Source: Octopus sinensis | Lineage: Eukaryota | Length of the DNA stretch: 24,417 nt | Assembly: GCF_006345805.1 (NCBI RefSeq) | Contig: NW_021836329.1 | Location: 1-24,417 of the forward strand | Reading direction: 5' to 3' | Notes under the pieces: generated by a model | Databases searched by the model: none | What the model was told of the DNA's origin: nothing | What the model saw: the letters and a program-made list of their open reading frames with translations, nothing else | In this document: one piece after another, positions 1 to 14,582 of the stretch | Layout: each line of letters opens with the position of its first letter | Numbering within the stretch: position 1 is the first letter of the stretch | Made by a program: the position numbers and the translations under genes

Positions 1-1150
1 AATCCCTCCCAACAACGACGACGTCTTCACCAAGAGGCCCGGGGAAGTCTCAGGACTTGTGCGGACTCTCCGTTGCTGTAGTACTGTCGGGTGAGACTGC
101 AGTAAAACCCAGGATGGTGGAGGAGTTGAAAAGACTGATATCCCAGCAGCAAAAGAAACTAAAAATAGACGGACTGCTTGCCTAGTACATCATTCTCACA
201 TTGCAGCAAAGAGAGCATATTCCCTGAACAACAGGGCAGCTGATTTGATGAGTGAGGTGGACAGGGAGATCGAGGACATCAAGAGTGCCCCCGTGGAAGA
301 CTACCTCCCCTCTGGTCGACTGGACGAGATTGTTGGCAGGTAGGCGGTTTGAATACTCAGTTCGGGCACTGTCACCCACCCCCCCCATTTGAGGGCACTG
401 TGGAACAATCCCTACCACCCTTCCATTAACACTTGTTCGTCGTCGGGGGAGAGGATAGGAGGATAATGAGTTGGTGAAAGAGCACGACCCAGCCATCCGC
501 GTTGACCTCATACTTACCGACAAGTTGAAGGGACATGTTCGCCGTCTGTGTCAGATTGAGAGACAGTTCCTTCAGGAGACGACAATTCTGAGGAAGAAGC
601 AGGCCAGTCTAGTATAGCGCTCGCCCGACGTGTCTGACCCCAACCATTGACTCTTTTCTCCTTGCAGGTGCCTTCTTCGGTCATTCCAGATTGCTGCTGA
701 GTTGGCCGAGCACTCCAATCGACTGGCTCGAGAACGACGTGAACTGGAAGTGAACTTTTCTGACACTCTGTACAACTTGGAGATGAGGATGCTCAACTCG
801 GGACCAGTAAGGCGTGTTGGTCATCACAGACTCGCATTCACACATTCCTGATGCTGCTCTGTCCTCCTCCAATCTGCTCTCGAGGGGGATTCTCCGCAAA
901 GGAGTGACTCGATTCTTTGCTCAGCCACTCCTGATTTGACGGACGGACTGAGTGATGAGGAGGCAATTAATATTCTGGTGACCCTCACTTGGCATTGCAG
1001 ATGAACTCGTTGTGGGCGGAGATTGACAAATGCAGTAGTCGAGGAGAGAAGAACATAACTCCCCGTCTGTTCAGCAATCAAATCATTTCCCACCACGTAG
1101 AGGGTGTGTTCATTGGTAGTGCACTCTATTTTGTTACAGTTCTCACTTGA
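1..1150 (+). CDS. 3' part of an unidentified multi-exon gene, coiled-coil-like product, with micro-introns
   Basis: Candidate GT-AG introns at 91-112 (22 nt), 185-206 (22), 340-360 (21), 807-829 (23), 904-924 (21), 978-1000 (23) and 1116-1139 (24) separate protein-like segments: MVEELKRLISQQQKKLKID, EDNELVKEHDPAIRVDLILTDKLKGHVRRLCQIERQFLQETTILRKKQ, LAEHSNRLARERRELEVNFSDTLYNLEMRML, EEAINIL|MNSLWAEIDKC. TGA is at 1148-1150. Several junctions are one base out of phase, from read error or pseudogenisation. Confidence 0.45.
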
Positions 1151-1413
1151 ACTAACTCAAGACATGAAAACAAATAACGCCGTTTTTGATATTTTATTTA
1201 CAAATAATCGGGATTATTGCGCAGCTTAGTTGCACAAGAGAATTACGAAATAAAAAATAATAATTATCGGGGCAAAGATATGGCGGTGAGATAATGCAAA
1301 TAATTTTAACAGAACAAATTTTATTTGGTAAATTAAATTATAATTGATCGATAATTAATTTCCCAATAGATTATGTTTATGGTAGATATGTAGCCTGGCG
1401 GATTGCCAAACTG

Positions 1414-1930
1414 TTAACCCCGGATGATGGCAATCGAGAACCGTTGTATTAGCCAGTTCGCCTCCCGAGGATCATGGGTGCGCATTAAGATTTTGGCTCC
1501 GAGCTTGCGTAGAAACTTTTCTGTTTTTGGACCGAGAGCACCCGACGTCTCCGCCGCGATCGGCACCACGGAAAACTTCTCCGAGAGGGCAGAATATTTT
1601 AAAAGCTTTAAATCTTCAGCCTTCTTAGCTGCAGATTTGGCCTCCAGAGCACACGAAGTTAAAGTAGAAGCAGAAAAGGTGTCGCAGCAGGTTTGCGTCC
1701 CAGACGAGGCCTTTTCCGCCTTCAAAGGGAAAAAGGGTCATCCCGTCAGGACGTTTCCCGTCGCCGCGATCAAGGCCCAGTGGTTCGAGAACCGAAGGAA
1801 ATCCCGCCGAGTCGAGGGCCCTCCGTATGATATCATTCATAGCAGAGTGCCTCGGGAAACGTCCGGCACTCCTCTTGCACGATAAAAGGTGGCAGACCGA
1901 AAGGGTCAACAGTGCAGCCACAGCGGCACA
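1414..1930 (-). mobile_element. CRE-clade non-LTR retrotransposon 3' remnant (Zn-knuckle plus restriction-like endonuclease), frameshifted
   Basis: [22 protein letters not shown]...[32 protein letters not shown] then [13 protein letters not shown]...PIAAETSGALGPKT...REANWLIQRFSIAIIRG, typical of the CRE-type RLE C-terminus. Confidence 0.85.
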
Positions 1931-2469
1931 TGCAATAATTAATTCATAAAATAGTTAATTATGAGTAATAGATTTAATTTATACTATTCATAATACACAT
2001 ATTCAGTTTTTATGTTTCAGATAGCTCTTCATCAAACAAATGCTACCGTTTTAACAAAATATTGAAAATAATAAAATCTCAGTAGCTAAACAACAATTCC
2101 AGTAAATCAATTCTCCATTTTCAAAATGAAGAAGGCAATGAAAACATTGAGCAATTTTCATAACAAATTAAATTATGAAATTAATAATCTCGACAAACTT
2201 ATCCAATATGAAAGTTTTGAGTCACTGACAAAATCAATTCAAGGGTAAGTACAAGTGCAGCTAAATCCTTAATTCTATCGTGAATCCTAAAAATGTAATT
2301 ATTACAAACTTAAAATTCAAAAATCCCTCAAAGAAACTCTTACAGTCTTAGATTATGTTACTGAATTCTTAGATACCCTGCTCGAAAGGACCTATCCATG
2401 CTAATGAAATTTTGAGAATAGATCTTAAAGAACGGGAGAATCCTTTTTATACACCAGAATCTCTCCCCA

Positions 2470-2838
2470 GCATTTTGAAATCCCCAGTTTAATAAGGAAT
2501 TTTTTAGTTTTGGGACCGAGGACTCTCGATGTCTCCACTGCGATCGGGGCAAAGATATGGCGGTGAGATAATGCACTGTATTTCTTGATTTTTAGAGTTT
2601 CGGTCAGGTTAGCTGCAGAGCCCGCCGCGATCCTCAGGCAATCGTCGTTCAATAGGATTAAAACTCTCAGGTCGTCAAGAACGGATTTGAGAGTACCTCC
2701 GATAGTGGCATCGTTCAAATACCACGCATTGAAAAGGGAGGATACGCTTCTGGCAACGGGATCAATTGCCACGGCAAAGAGAAGAGGACCCAGAGGGTCG
2801 CCTTGTTGAACACGATTAGAGACAAGATTGAGTGATCG
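2470..2838 (-). mobile_element. Second CRE-clade retrotransposon remnant, internally deleted (RT core fused to RLE tail)
   Basis: VQQGDPLGPLLFAVAIDP...AWYLNDATIGG (YLDD changed to YLND) joined directly to AAGSAAN...KYSAL...PIAVETSRVLGPKT. Truncated at 2838 by the AT-rich element. Confidence 0.8.
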
Positions 2839-3626
2839 CTAGGTAGAATTGTGTTTTAATTAAAATAAGGTTTTTTTCATTAATAAATTATTTTAATTTT
2901 TGGTTATCCAATTATTAATAAAAAACCTAATAAATTTATGCACGTGTACACGCGGATACATACCTTGTTGTTGTATTGCATTATTTGGTCGATCTTTATT
3001 TTTATATTTAATTGGATTCAGAAGGGATATTCTGCGATGTAGTTTCTTTTAATGGCTAAATTATCTGAAATTTCATCATTTTGTAGTATTTGCAAGTTTA
3101 TTATTCCTTCAATCTGTATATTCTACTTAGTTTGAAATTTTGAAAATTAAATTTCATCCTATTTTTAATGAAAATTTTTATTCTTTATAAAACAATTTTA
3201 TAATATTTTATGATGTTTTCTATTGAAACAGTCGTTCTTGTTTCAATAGAAACAATAAATCCTCCTATTTTTAATGAAAATTTTTATTGAAACAGTCGTT
3301 CTTGTTTCAATAGAAACAATAAATCCTCCTATTTTTAATGAAAATTTTTATTCTTTATAAAACAATTTTATAATATTTTATGATGTTTTCTATTGAAACA
3401 GTCGTTCTTGTTTCAATAGAAACAATAAATCCTCCTATTTTTAATGAAAATTTTTATTCTTTATAAAACAATTTTATATATTTTATGATGTTTTCTATTG
3501 AAACAGTCGTTCTTGTTTCAATAGAAACCATAAATCCTCCTATTTTTAATGAAATTTTTATTCCTTATAAAACAATTTTATAGTATTTTTTATCATATTT
3601 TCTATTGAACATCGTTCTTGTTTCAA
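2839..3626 (-). mobile_element. AT-rich non-autonomous element copy 1 (Helitron-like or foldback arm): ~315-bp terminal domain plus tandem 106-bp hairpin repeats
   Basis: 2839-3170 is a diverged reverse complement of ~16600-16921, and both end in CTAG. 3155-3626 holds ~5 units with the palindrome TTTCTATTGAAACA-gtcgttct-TGTTTCAATAGAAA; the period is 106 bp between 3328 and 3434. Confidence 0.7.
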
Positions 3627-5673
3627 TTACGGCCAATGCAAGCTCAATTTGACCAGAGAAAACACAATTACGGCCAATGCAAGCTCAACTTTGACCAGAG
3701 AAAACACAATTACGGCCAATGCAAGCTCAACTTTGACCAGAGAAAACACAATTACGGCCAAGCTCAACTTTGACCAGAGAAAACACAATTACGGCCAATG
3801 CAAGCTCAACTTTGACCAGAGAAAACACAATTACGGCCAATGCAAGCTCAACTTGACCAGAGAAAACACAATTACGGCCAATGCAAGCTCAACTTTGACC
3901 AGAAGAAAACACAATTACGGCCAATGCAAGCTCAACTTTGACCAAGAAAACACAATTACGGCCAATGCAAGCTCAACTTTGACCAGAGAAACACAATTAC
4001 GGCCAATGCAAGCTCAACTTGACCAGAGAAAACACAATTACGGAAAAAGCCAAAAAAATTGCAAGCTCAACTTTGACCAGAGAAAACACAATTACGGCCA
4101 ATGCAAGCTCAACTTTGACCAGAGAAAACACAATTACGGCCAATGCAAGCTCAACTTTGACCAGAGAAAAACCAATTACGGCCAATGCAAGCTCAACTTT
4201 GACCAGAGAAAACACAATTACGGCCAATGCAAGCTCAACTTTGACCAGAGAAAACACAATTACGGCCAATGCAAGCTCAACTTTGACCAGAGAAAACACA
4301 ATTACGGCCATGCAAGCTCAACTTTGACCAGAGAAAACACAATTACGGCCAATGCAAGCTCAACTTTGACCAGAGAAAACACAATTACGGCCAATGCAAG
4401 CTCAACTTTGACCAGAGAAAACACAATTACGGCCAATGCAAGCTCAACTTTGACCAGAAGAAAACACAATTACGGCCAATGCAAGCTCAACTTGACCAGA
4501 GAAAACACAATTACGGCCAATGCAAGCTCAACTTTGACCAGAGAAAACACAATTACGCCAATGCAAGCTCAACTTTGACCAGAGAAAACACAATTACGGC
4601 CAATGCAAGCTCAACTTTGACCAGAGAAAACACAATTACGGCCAATGCAAGCTCAACTTTGACCAGAGAAAACACAATTACGGCCAATGCAAGCTCAACT
4701 TTGACCAGAGAAAACACAATTACGGCCAATGCAAGCTCAACTTTGACCAGAGAAAACACAATTACGGCCAATGCAAGCTCAACTTTGACCAGAGAAACAC
4801 AATTACGGCCAAAGCAAGCTCAAGTTTGACCAGAGAAAACACAATTACGGTCAAAGCAAGCTCAAGTTTGACCAGAGAAAACACAATTACGGCCAAAGCA
4901 AGCTCAAGTTTGACCAGAGAAAACACAATTACGGCCAAAGCAAGCTCAAGTTTGACCAGAGAAAACACAATTACGGTCAAAGCAAGCTCAAGTTTGACCA
5001 GAGAAAACACAATTACGGCCATGCAAGCTCAACTTTGACCAGAGAAAACACAATTACGGCCATGCAAGCTCAACTTTGACCAGAAGAAAACACAATTACG
5101 GCCAATCAAGCTCAACTTTGACCAGAGAAAACACAATTACGGCCAATGCAAGCTCAACTTTGACCAGAGAAAACACAATTACGGCCAATGCAAGCTCAAC
5201 TTTGACCAGAAGAAACACCATTACGGCCAATGCAAGCTCAACTTTGACCAGAGAAAACACAATTACGGCCAATGCAAGCTCAACTTTGACCAGAGAAAAC
5301 ACAATTACGGCCAATGCAAGCTCAACTTTGACCAGAAGAACACAATTACGGCCAATGCAAGCTCAACTTTGACCAGAGAAAACACAATTACGGCCAATGC
5401 AAGCTCACTTTGACCAGAGAAAACACAATTACGGCCAATGCAAGCTCAACTTTGACCAGAGAAAACAACATTACGGCCAATGCAACTCAACTTTGACCAG
5501 AGAAAACACAATTACGGCCAATGCACGCTCAACTTTGTGACCAAGAAAACACAATTACGGCCAATGCAAGCTCAACTTTGACCAGAAGAAAACACAATTA
5601 CGGCCAATGCAAGCTCAACTTTGACCAGAAGAAAACACAATTACGGCCAATCAAGCTCAACTTTGACCAGAGA
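3624..5673. repeat. 42-bp tandem satellite/minisatellite, ~49 copies
   Basis: Unit CAATTACGGCCAATGCAAGCTCAACTTTGACCAGAGAAAACA repeated head-to-tail with no spacers. A 5-unit variant block (AAAGCAAGCTCAAGTTTG) lies at ~4800-5000. Scattered 1-bp indels. Confidence 0.97.
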
Positions 5674-5711
5674 CTAGTTGCAATGTCATACTGAAATTTT
5701 AATTCCAAATT

Positions 5712-6115
5712 CGGAGATAAATCTCCCTGTCCGAATATAGAAATCTTGAATATTCCCTCTAAGGCAACTATTTTATTCTAGTTATTCTGATTTTATTCTG
5801 ATTCCTATTCTTAATTAAGCTCATTTCCGTTATTGAAATTCTTTATCTGTTCAATTTAGTTTTTTTGCAAAGTTCAATTTTTTTCTTCAACTCTATCCTA
5901 ACTTTCCCACCCATTTAAGTGAGCGACTTCGTCCAAGATACCTGAACATTGTGAAGTAGTGTATCCCAAAAGAACTTCACCATCAGTGTTGCCGAAAACA
6001 CATGCGGACCTTGGCTATGTGTCGGCTGAGTCATTTATTCTGATTGGACGGAGATAAAATCTCCCTGTCCGAATATATAAATTTTGAATATTCCTCAAAA
6101 GGCAACCTTTATTCT
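5712..6115 (+). repeat. Imperfect ~67-bp direct repeat pair (5712-5779 and 6049-6115)
   Basis: Both read CGGAGATAAA(A)TCTCCCTGTCCGAATATA.AAAT.TTGAATATTCC...AAGGCAAC..TTTATTCT. Confidence 0.8.
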
Positions 6116-6996
6116 GATGTGGACAGTCGAACAGGGTGGAGCAGAGTTGGTACGATACAGGTCTGTTCGCTTGCTGCAAGCTAACTTTCGTATCACATTC
6201 GAAAAAAATATTGTCGATCGATCATTCCCTCTGTACAAAAAGATTCCACTGTCTAAATTGACCTCTCCTTATTAGAGTGTCTTAACCGTGTGGTAGCTGC
6301 CTATATCATTGAGAATCCACTTGACCAGATTTCGTCAATAGTCCTTGCTGGACAAATGTTGCTATCAAATATTGAGCATGAAAAATTCTGAACGTCTAAC
6401 TGGAGTATTAATATGGATGGAAAAATTGAGCATGGCAAACAAGGTTGGGAAAAGTTCTTTGCAAAATCACTCACGACTGAAGAAAAGCCACTTGCCATGC
6501 ATTATCCCTCTTGGATATAAAAAGAAAAACTCTTGAGAAAGAGCAAGAATAATCTCCTGAATAAATGAAGAATTATGGTGATTAAAAAGAGGTTATCTAC
6601 GCACGAGACAAGAAAAGAGTTCCGATTAGATAATCAAAATTTGAGCTGAATCGGAAAGCTTTTTACAGAGAATTGAGGGGGGGAGGGCAACACTGAAACT
6701 TTAACTATTTGCCAATTGGAAGGCTGCGATGGTGTGTACAATTTCTTTCTGAAAAAGTTCACATCATCTCATGAGTCAATCTTCGAACAGATGCTTAATG
6801 TCATAAATGGAGAAACAGTCCTGGAGACTGTTATACACAGGGGTGACACATCTTATTCCGGAGTGTGAAAATCCCGTGTCCCCAAAGAGTTACGGCCTAT
6901 AACATGTTATCCGGGTGTATGATACGATTCGGGCAAAATTGACAGAATCGAAATACACCTTCGACCGGCGAACAAACAGAGATTATACCTTCCCAG

Positions 6997-10118
<3,122 letters not shown>

Positions 10119-11559
10119 CTTCCCAGTAACAATCTCGGAAGAGGATTGAACCCAATTTCTTTTTTAAATGAACGCATTCTTTTGGGGATTCCTTACGGAC
10201 TGAAAAACCGAAGTGATGTCTGCAAAAGAAACTTCTCGATCTTCAGTCCGAAATGCTGGAAAAAACTCATGGCAACTATTGAAGAATACTTGAAGCTTAA
10301 ATATTTACTTGCAAAATCAGTTTTCCTTAACAAAAAACTGTTGGTCGGTGCCCGAACAAGTACCTACTGGACCAGATCTTTTCAAATGTCTTCATTCCAT
10401 CCTATACAAAAATGCTACGGAGGATTTTGTGAATGTTAAGAACTCTAGTCACTGGCTGGCCAAAGCAATAACTCCCCACGGTTGAAGGGTTATTCTGTCT
10501 GGTGCAAGATAGAAATTTATTCTTTGCAGAACATAACTCAATGTGCTCTCACTACATGAGATGGAAGACGACCGTCGATCACTGTGCCACCAGATGTGAG
10601 AAGATGTTACATGAGGTTATGTCAGGAGGCAGATGAAGTAGTGAGATGCATCCACTTTCATTTTTGTCGAGAGTTTCGGACTCAAAAATGATAAAACAAA
10701 CTCAAAATACACTCAATAGAATCTGTATCGTCGAATGAGAAGGTTGAAATCAGAGTGAACACATTTATAAAGACCAACATCGTCGTGGAACATAACAAGC
10801 CCGATTTGTTTGTTTTCGACAAGATAAGAAATCAATTTTGCTGGTGAAAGTTGGATCACATCGTTCCAAAACTTACAGCAAGTGGAGATCGAAAAATGAG
10901 GAAATTTGACCTCTTATCCAAAGAGGTGGAATTAATATATCATGCGATAGTGAAAATAGTACCAATTGTATTAACATGGGATGGACTGGTTACTCAAGAA
11001 TTTCTACAATATGCACGTTCGCTTAATACATTCAATACACTCAAGAATTTCTGTATCAGTGCATACATTCAATTACTCACTATAAGAAAACCTTGAGAGC
11101 ATGATTATTTCTTGTAGAACCCAGTTGAAACGTGGGAAAGAACGCTTGAACTGAACAAGAGAATAAGCAGATTTATCACCAAATGACTGTGTCTTCAACA
11201 TCGCCCCTGCCTGTCAGTACCTCGAAGGGAAAGAGGCGGCTTGCATTCCGGAATCACTTTGCAAATAGACTCTATTTTGTTAATTATTATTAACACGTAA
11301 AACAATTGAAAAAATAAAGATTTTCACTGAATTTGAACTACTCGATGAATTTCATTGACTGGAGGGGCAAGAAAAACAAAGAATTGCTCACGCAAATATT
11401 GTTAAATCAGGCGAAACTGTGAAGCCCATACCATAGTGTTGGCAGTCTGATGGCAACAAGAGCAGTCGGTACCCGTTCATCGTTTCATCAAAGTAGTTGG
11501 GTATTTGGTCTCCAGCAGACAGCATACAGAAATTCCATGTCGTTTTAAATCCGTACATG

Positions 11560-11750
11560 CTGTCTTTTTAATTCGGATGTAATTTCTCTTATGTAAACGA
11601 TCCAATAGAAAACATATTTAAAGTGATATCTCATTCGTTGAAAGACTGGTCTCTGGTATTAAACCCAAAAAGTGGAAAGAACTGCCATATCTGTCCTCGG
11701 GATGAGAAATAAGGAAAAGTGGAAACATGCAAGAAAGTTGGATCCTTTTA
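11560..11750 (+). mobile_element. Possible short reverse-transcriptase remnant
   Basis: ENIFKVISHSLKDWSLVLNPKS and KWKHARKL resemble the post-YADD L.VN..K and W...KKLG motifs of non-LTR RTs; short and degenerate. Confidence 0.3.
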
Positions 11751-11853
11751 ACACAACTGAAATGAAATAAGTTTAAATCTCAAATTTATGATATATTGAT
11801 ACATTTGCTAAGAAATTACGTTTATGGAAAACGCAGATATCTACTACAAAATA

Positions 11854-13141
11854 CAGTCTAACCCGGGGTGGGGCACCAAAGTGCCCCAAAAATCGGGGGT
11901 GCCCTTCCAAACAGGGGTCTGGTTCAAACTATTGAATTATAGTTCATTTAAACTTAATTTTGGTTTACTTTGCGAACAAAGAACTCCTTCACATCTTCCA
12001 AAGTGTTTATATGCCGCGATAATACAATGTTTTTTTTGTGTTTTTTGGAAGAAAAAACAATTTAACATTTGAGCATTCCAATAAAGAATGACATGTGGCA
12101 TTATCCATTATTAAAATTATTTTTCTATCTTGTGAAAGAAAGTCGTCGTTAATCTTTGTAACCACATTTTGAAAATTTCTCTGTTCATCCAGGATTTTTT
12201 TGACGCTGCATTTAAAATACCGATTTTTCACAATCAAAATCTATGTTTCAAATAAATTAAGCCAACTTTTCATACAACGAGGTGATTTGTATTTTCCAAT
12301 AATAAGAGGTCTTGATTTTTTTTCCTGCTGCATTACAGCAAAGGAGGACTGTTACTCTTTCTTTACTGAATTTTGTACCATGACATGCTTCTATCGATTC
12401 GACATTTGAAGAAATTTTTAACATACAAAGATGTTTCATCGCCATTAAAATATTTCATGACCATAGGTTTTCAATAAATTATCAAATTGAAAAAAAATTT
12501 GGCAAATTACTTTTTCTGCTGAATTTTTTTCACCGGAAATAGTTTTAAAACCAGATCATGTCCTTCTAATCTGTCTAACCATCCGTTTAAGGCTTTAAAA
12601 GATGTTCGAGAATCCAATTTTGTCGATATTTTTTTCGCGATGGGCTTTGATTAATGTACCCTAAATAGAAAAGGAATCTTTCCTCAATCGACGAAAACCA
12701 TTAAAAGTTTAATTTGTCAAGTTTTTCAATTGATTTTGTTTCATTAGAAGCTTGTTCAACTTCATCTATTTGAACTAATCTTGAAATGACTGATCCGGTA
12801 TTAATGAAAGAAGAAATGTTTTTTTATTCCTGGAAATAGTGCCTTTGCTATCTTGAATTTTTTTGCAACTTCTCTTTCAGAAGAAGTTTGTAGACACTTT
12901 GCAATTTTAATTTTTTTTTCAATAGAAATGTTGGAAGGCATTACACAAAGATAAATATCAAAAATAATTTTATTCAAAAATTATTATGTAATAATATTAA
13001 AATAAATTAGTAAAGTGCCCCATACTGGGGTTTTGATAATTTCAAATTTGGAAATTATTTATGAAAATGTACTAAAAATAAATCGCCCCAAAAAGCGAGG
13101 GTGCCCCAAGGGGGGGTTTTTGTTGGGGCGGGGTTCGACTG
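11854..13141 (-). mobile_element. pogo/Tigger (CENP-B-like DDE) DNA transposon, degenerate and 3'-deleted
   Basis: TA TSDs at 11852-11853 and 13142-13143; TIR ends CAGTCTAACCC and GGGTTCGACTG; repeated subterminal GTGCCCC. ATG at 12941 gives MPSNISIEKKIKIAKCL...REVAKKFKI (HTH), followed by SKERVTVLLCCNAAG and RKIILIMDNATCH...NVKLFFLP. Confidence 0.92.
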
Positions 13142-13684
13142 TACATACATTTCCTCTATTTGTCGGTTCAACTGAAAATATTTAAAATAATTGAAATTTA
13201 ATTTCACAATTTGAAGCAAGATTTCAGGTATTAGTATTTAATTTTTTGTTTGTTTTAATGAAAAAAATTTTTTTACACAAACAGTTTGATTACGAAAAAA
13301 ATAATTCGGTCAAGTGTTCGAAAGCTTCATGGACGGGAAGCCGACGCGATCGAGAAAGAATTAGAGCGTACTATCGCAAGGGATATCCGCTCGAACAACC
13401 ATCTTGATTCGCGGGCGTCGCCTGTGATAGCAGACTGACCAAGGACCACCAAGAGAAATTAAGAAGGTTTTAGAGAAGTCTAAAGAGCAAATATAGTCAC
13501 CAAATATTTCGAACTGATCCCCTGAAAAAACGAGCTGGATTGATATCACACACGTAAAAAACTCAGTATGGATCTTTATCATTACGAAATATTGTTAAAA
13601 ATTTTGAAAACGCAAGCTAAAGAGGGTAAGAAGGTTTAAAGGAGGTGTAAAAAGCGAATATTGTCGGCAAATATTCAGTAGTTA

Positions 13685-13855
13685 ATCATGGCCCCAAGAC
13701 ACTCCGCTTCGCTCGCTCGACGATTTCAAGAACAAGCCACGATCTAAGAGAGTATTCTTGGCTCCTGGAACGTCCTGTCGTTGCTGTGATCCGAGGGAAC
13801 AGCTTCGCGAGGCTGGCAGGGTTCTCGTGAGGACATTAATTAGCAGCTATCTTTA
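13685..13855 (+). mobile_element. CRE-clade retrotransposon extreme 3' fragment
   Basis: HGPKTLRF...HDLREYSWLLER..AVIRGNSFA matches the C-terminus seen at 1414-1520; similar to the inverted copy at 23565-23682. Confidence 0.7.
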
Positions 13856-13874
13856 ACTTTAATAGCAGTTATGC

Positions 13875-14110
13875 AATCGGGATTATTGCGCAACTTAGTT
13901 GCACAAAAGAATTACGAAATAAAAAATAATTATGAGATTTATTGAATTTAAAAACACCATTGAAAATAAGAAATGTATAAATCAAATCAATTGTAATTTA
14001 ATTTCTCTACTCGAATACTTAATTGCACAAGAGAATTACGAATAAAAAAATAATTATTGATGAGATTTATTCAACTGTAAAAACACCATTGAAAATAAGA
14101 AATGTATAAA
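13875..14110 (+). repeat. Local duplicated segment, also copied at 1206-1266
   Basis: AATCGGGATTATTGCGCA.CTTAGTTGCACAA.AGAATTACGAAATAAAAAATAAT at 13875 and 1206; TTGCACAA...AAAAACACCATTGAAAATAAGAAATGTATAAA duplicated at ~13899-13980 and ~14023-14110. Confidence 0.75.
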
Positions 14111-14582
14111 CAGGTAAATTTAATTTTACTTGGTGTTTTTACTTGGGGCACGGTTTAAATTGGTAGAGTCTACCAACACATGAGTATAAATTTGTCGATA
14201 TTCTATTTGTTTCAACTCATCTGGGCGTTGTAAAATGCGGCGATTGAGTGGGTTAGCCCTGAACTTCTTCCTGACTTTATAGTACAGCTAAGAACTTCAG
14301 CTCTTCTTCGTCAATTTCGACTGCACTCTTCACGGGGGCGCGGGGTATTCTAGAAGAGAAATCAAATTCCCTTGGCACAGTCAATCAAATTCCCTTTTTC
14401 CTGCCATGCACAACCTGCTACGATCTTTTATTTTCTTTTCCTGTAATAGATTTAATTTGATCATAAAAAATTCTTGCATTTTCGAAGGGACAGGACAAAG
14501 TCACTTTGAAATGAACCAATCCGACTCTCTCACTTGGAGAATAAATAGATTTGTTATACGTGTAATATTAGAACACAGCTTG

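Noticed and set aside
510-520. U1 snRNA 5' end (ATACTTACC)
   Set aside because: Only 9 nt match, it lies within a probable exon, and no U1 stem-loops or Sm site follow.
2021-2250. Isolated exon (TTTCAG...GG|GTAAGT) between CRE fragments
   Set aside because: It has internal stops, no recognisable homology and no partner exons.
4041-4062. Unique A-rich insert within the 42-bp array
   Set aside because: It looks like homopolymer stutter from long-read error (GGAAAAAGCCAAAAAAATTGC versus GGCCAATGC).
3649-5372. ORF-track proteins in the satellite as annotated CDSs
   Set aside because: They follow from a 3n stop-free unit, mostly have non-ATG starts and switch frame at indels; kept only as a hypothesis in findings.
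3624-5673. CRISPR array
   Set aside because: Units are contiguous with no unique spacers, there are no cas genes, and the context is eukaryotic.
13745-13830. Structured ncRNA or ribozyme (GC-rich repeat also at 23590-23682)
   Set aside because: It translates as the CRE retrotransposon C-terminus (REYSWLLER..AVIRGN), and no hammerhead or HDV core was found.
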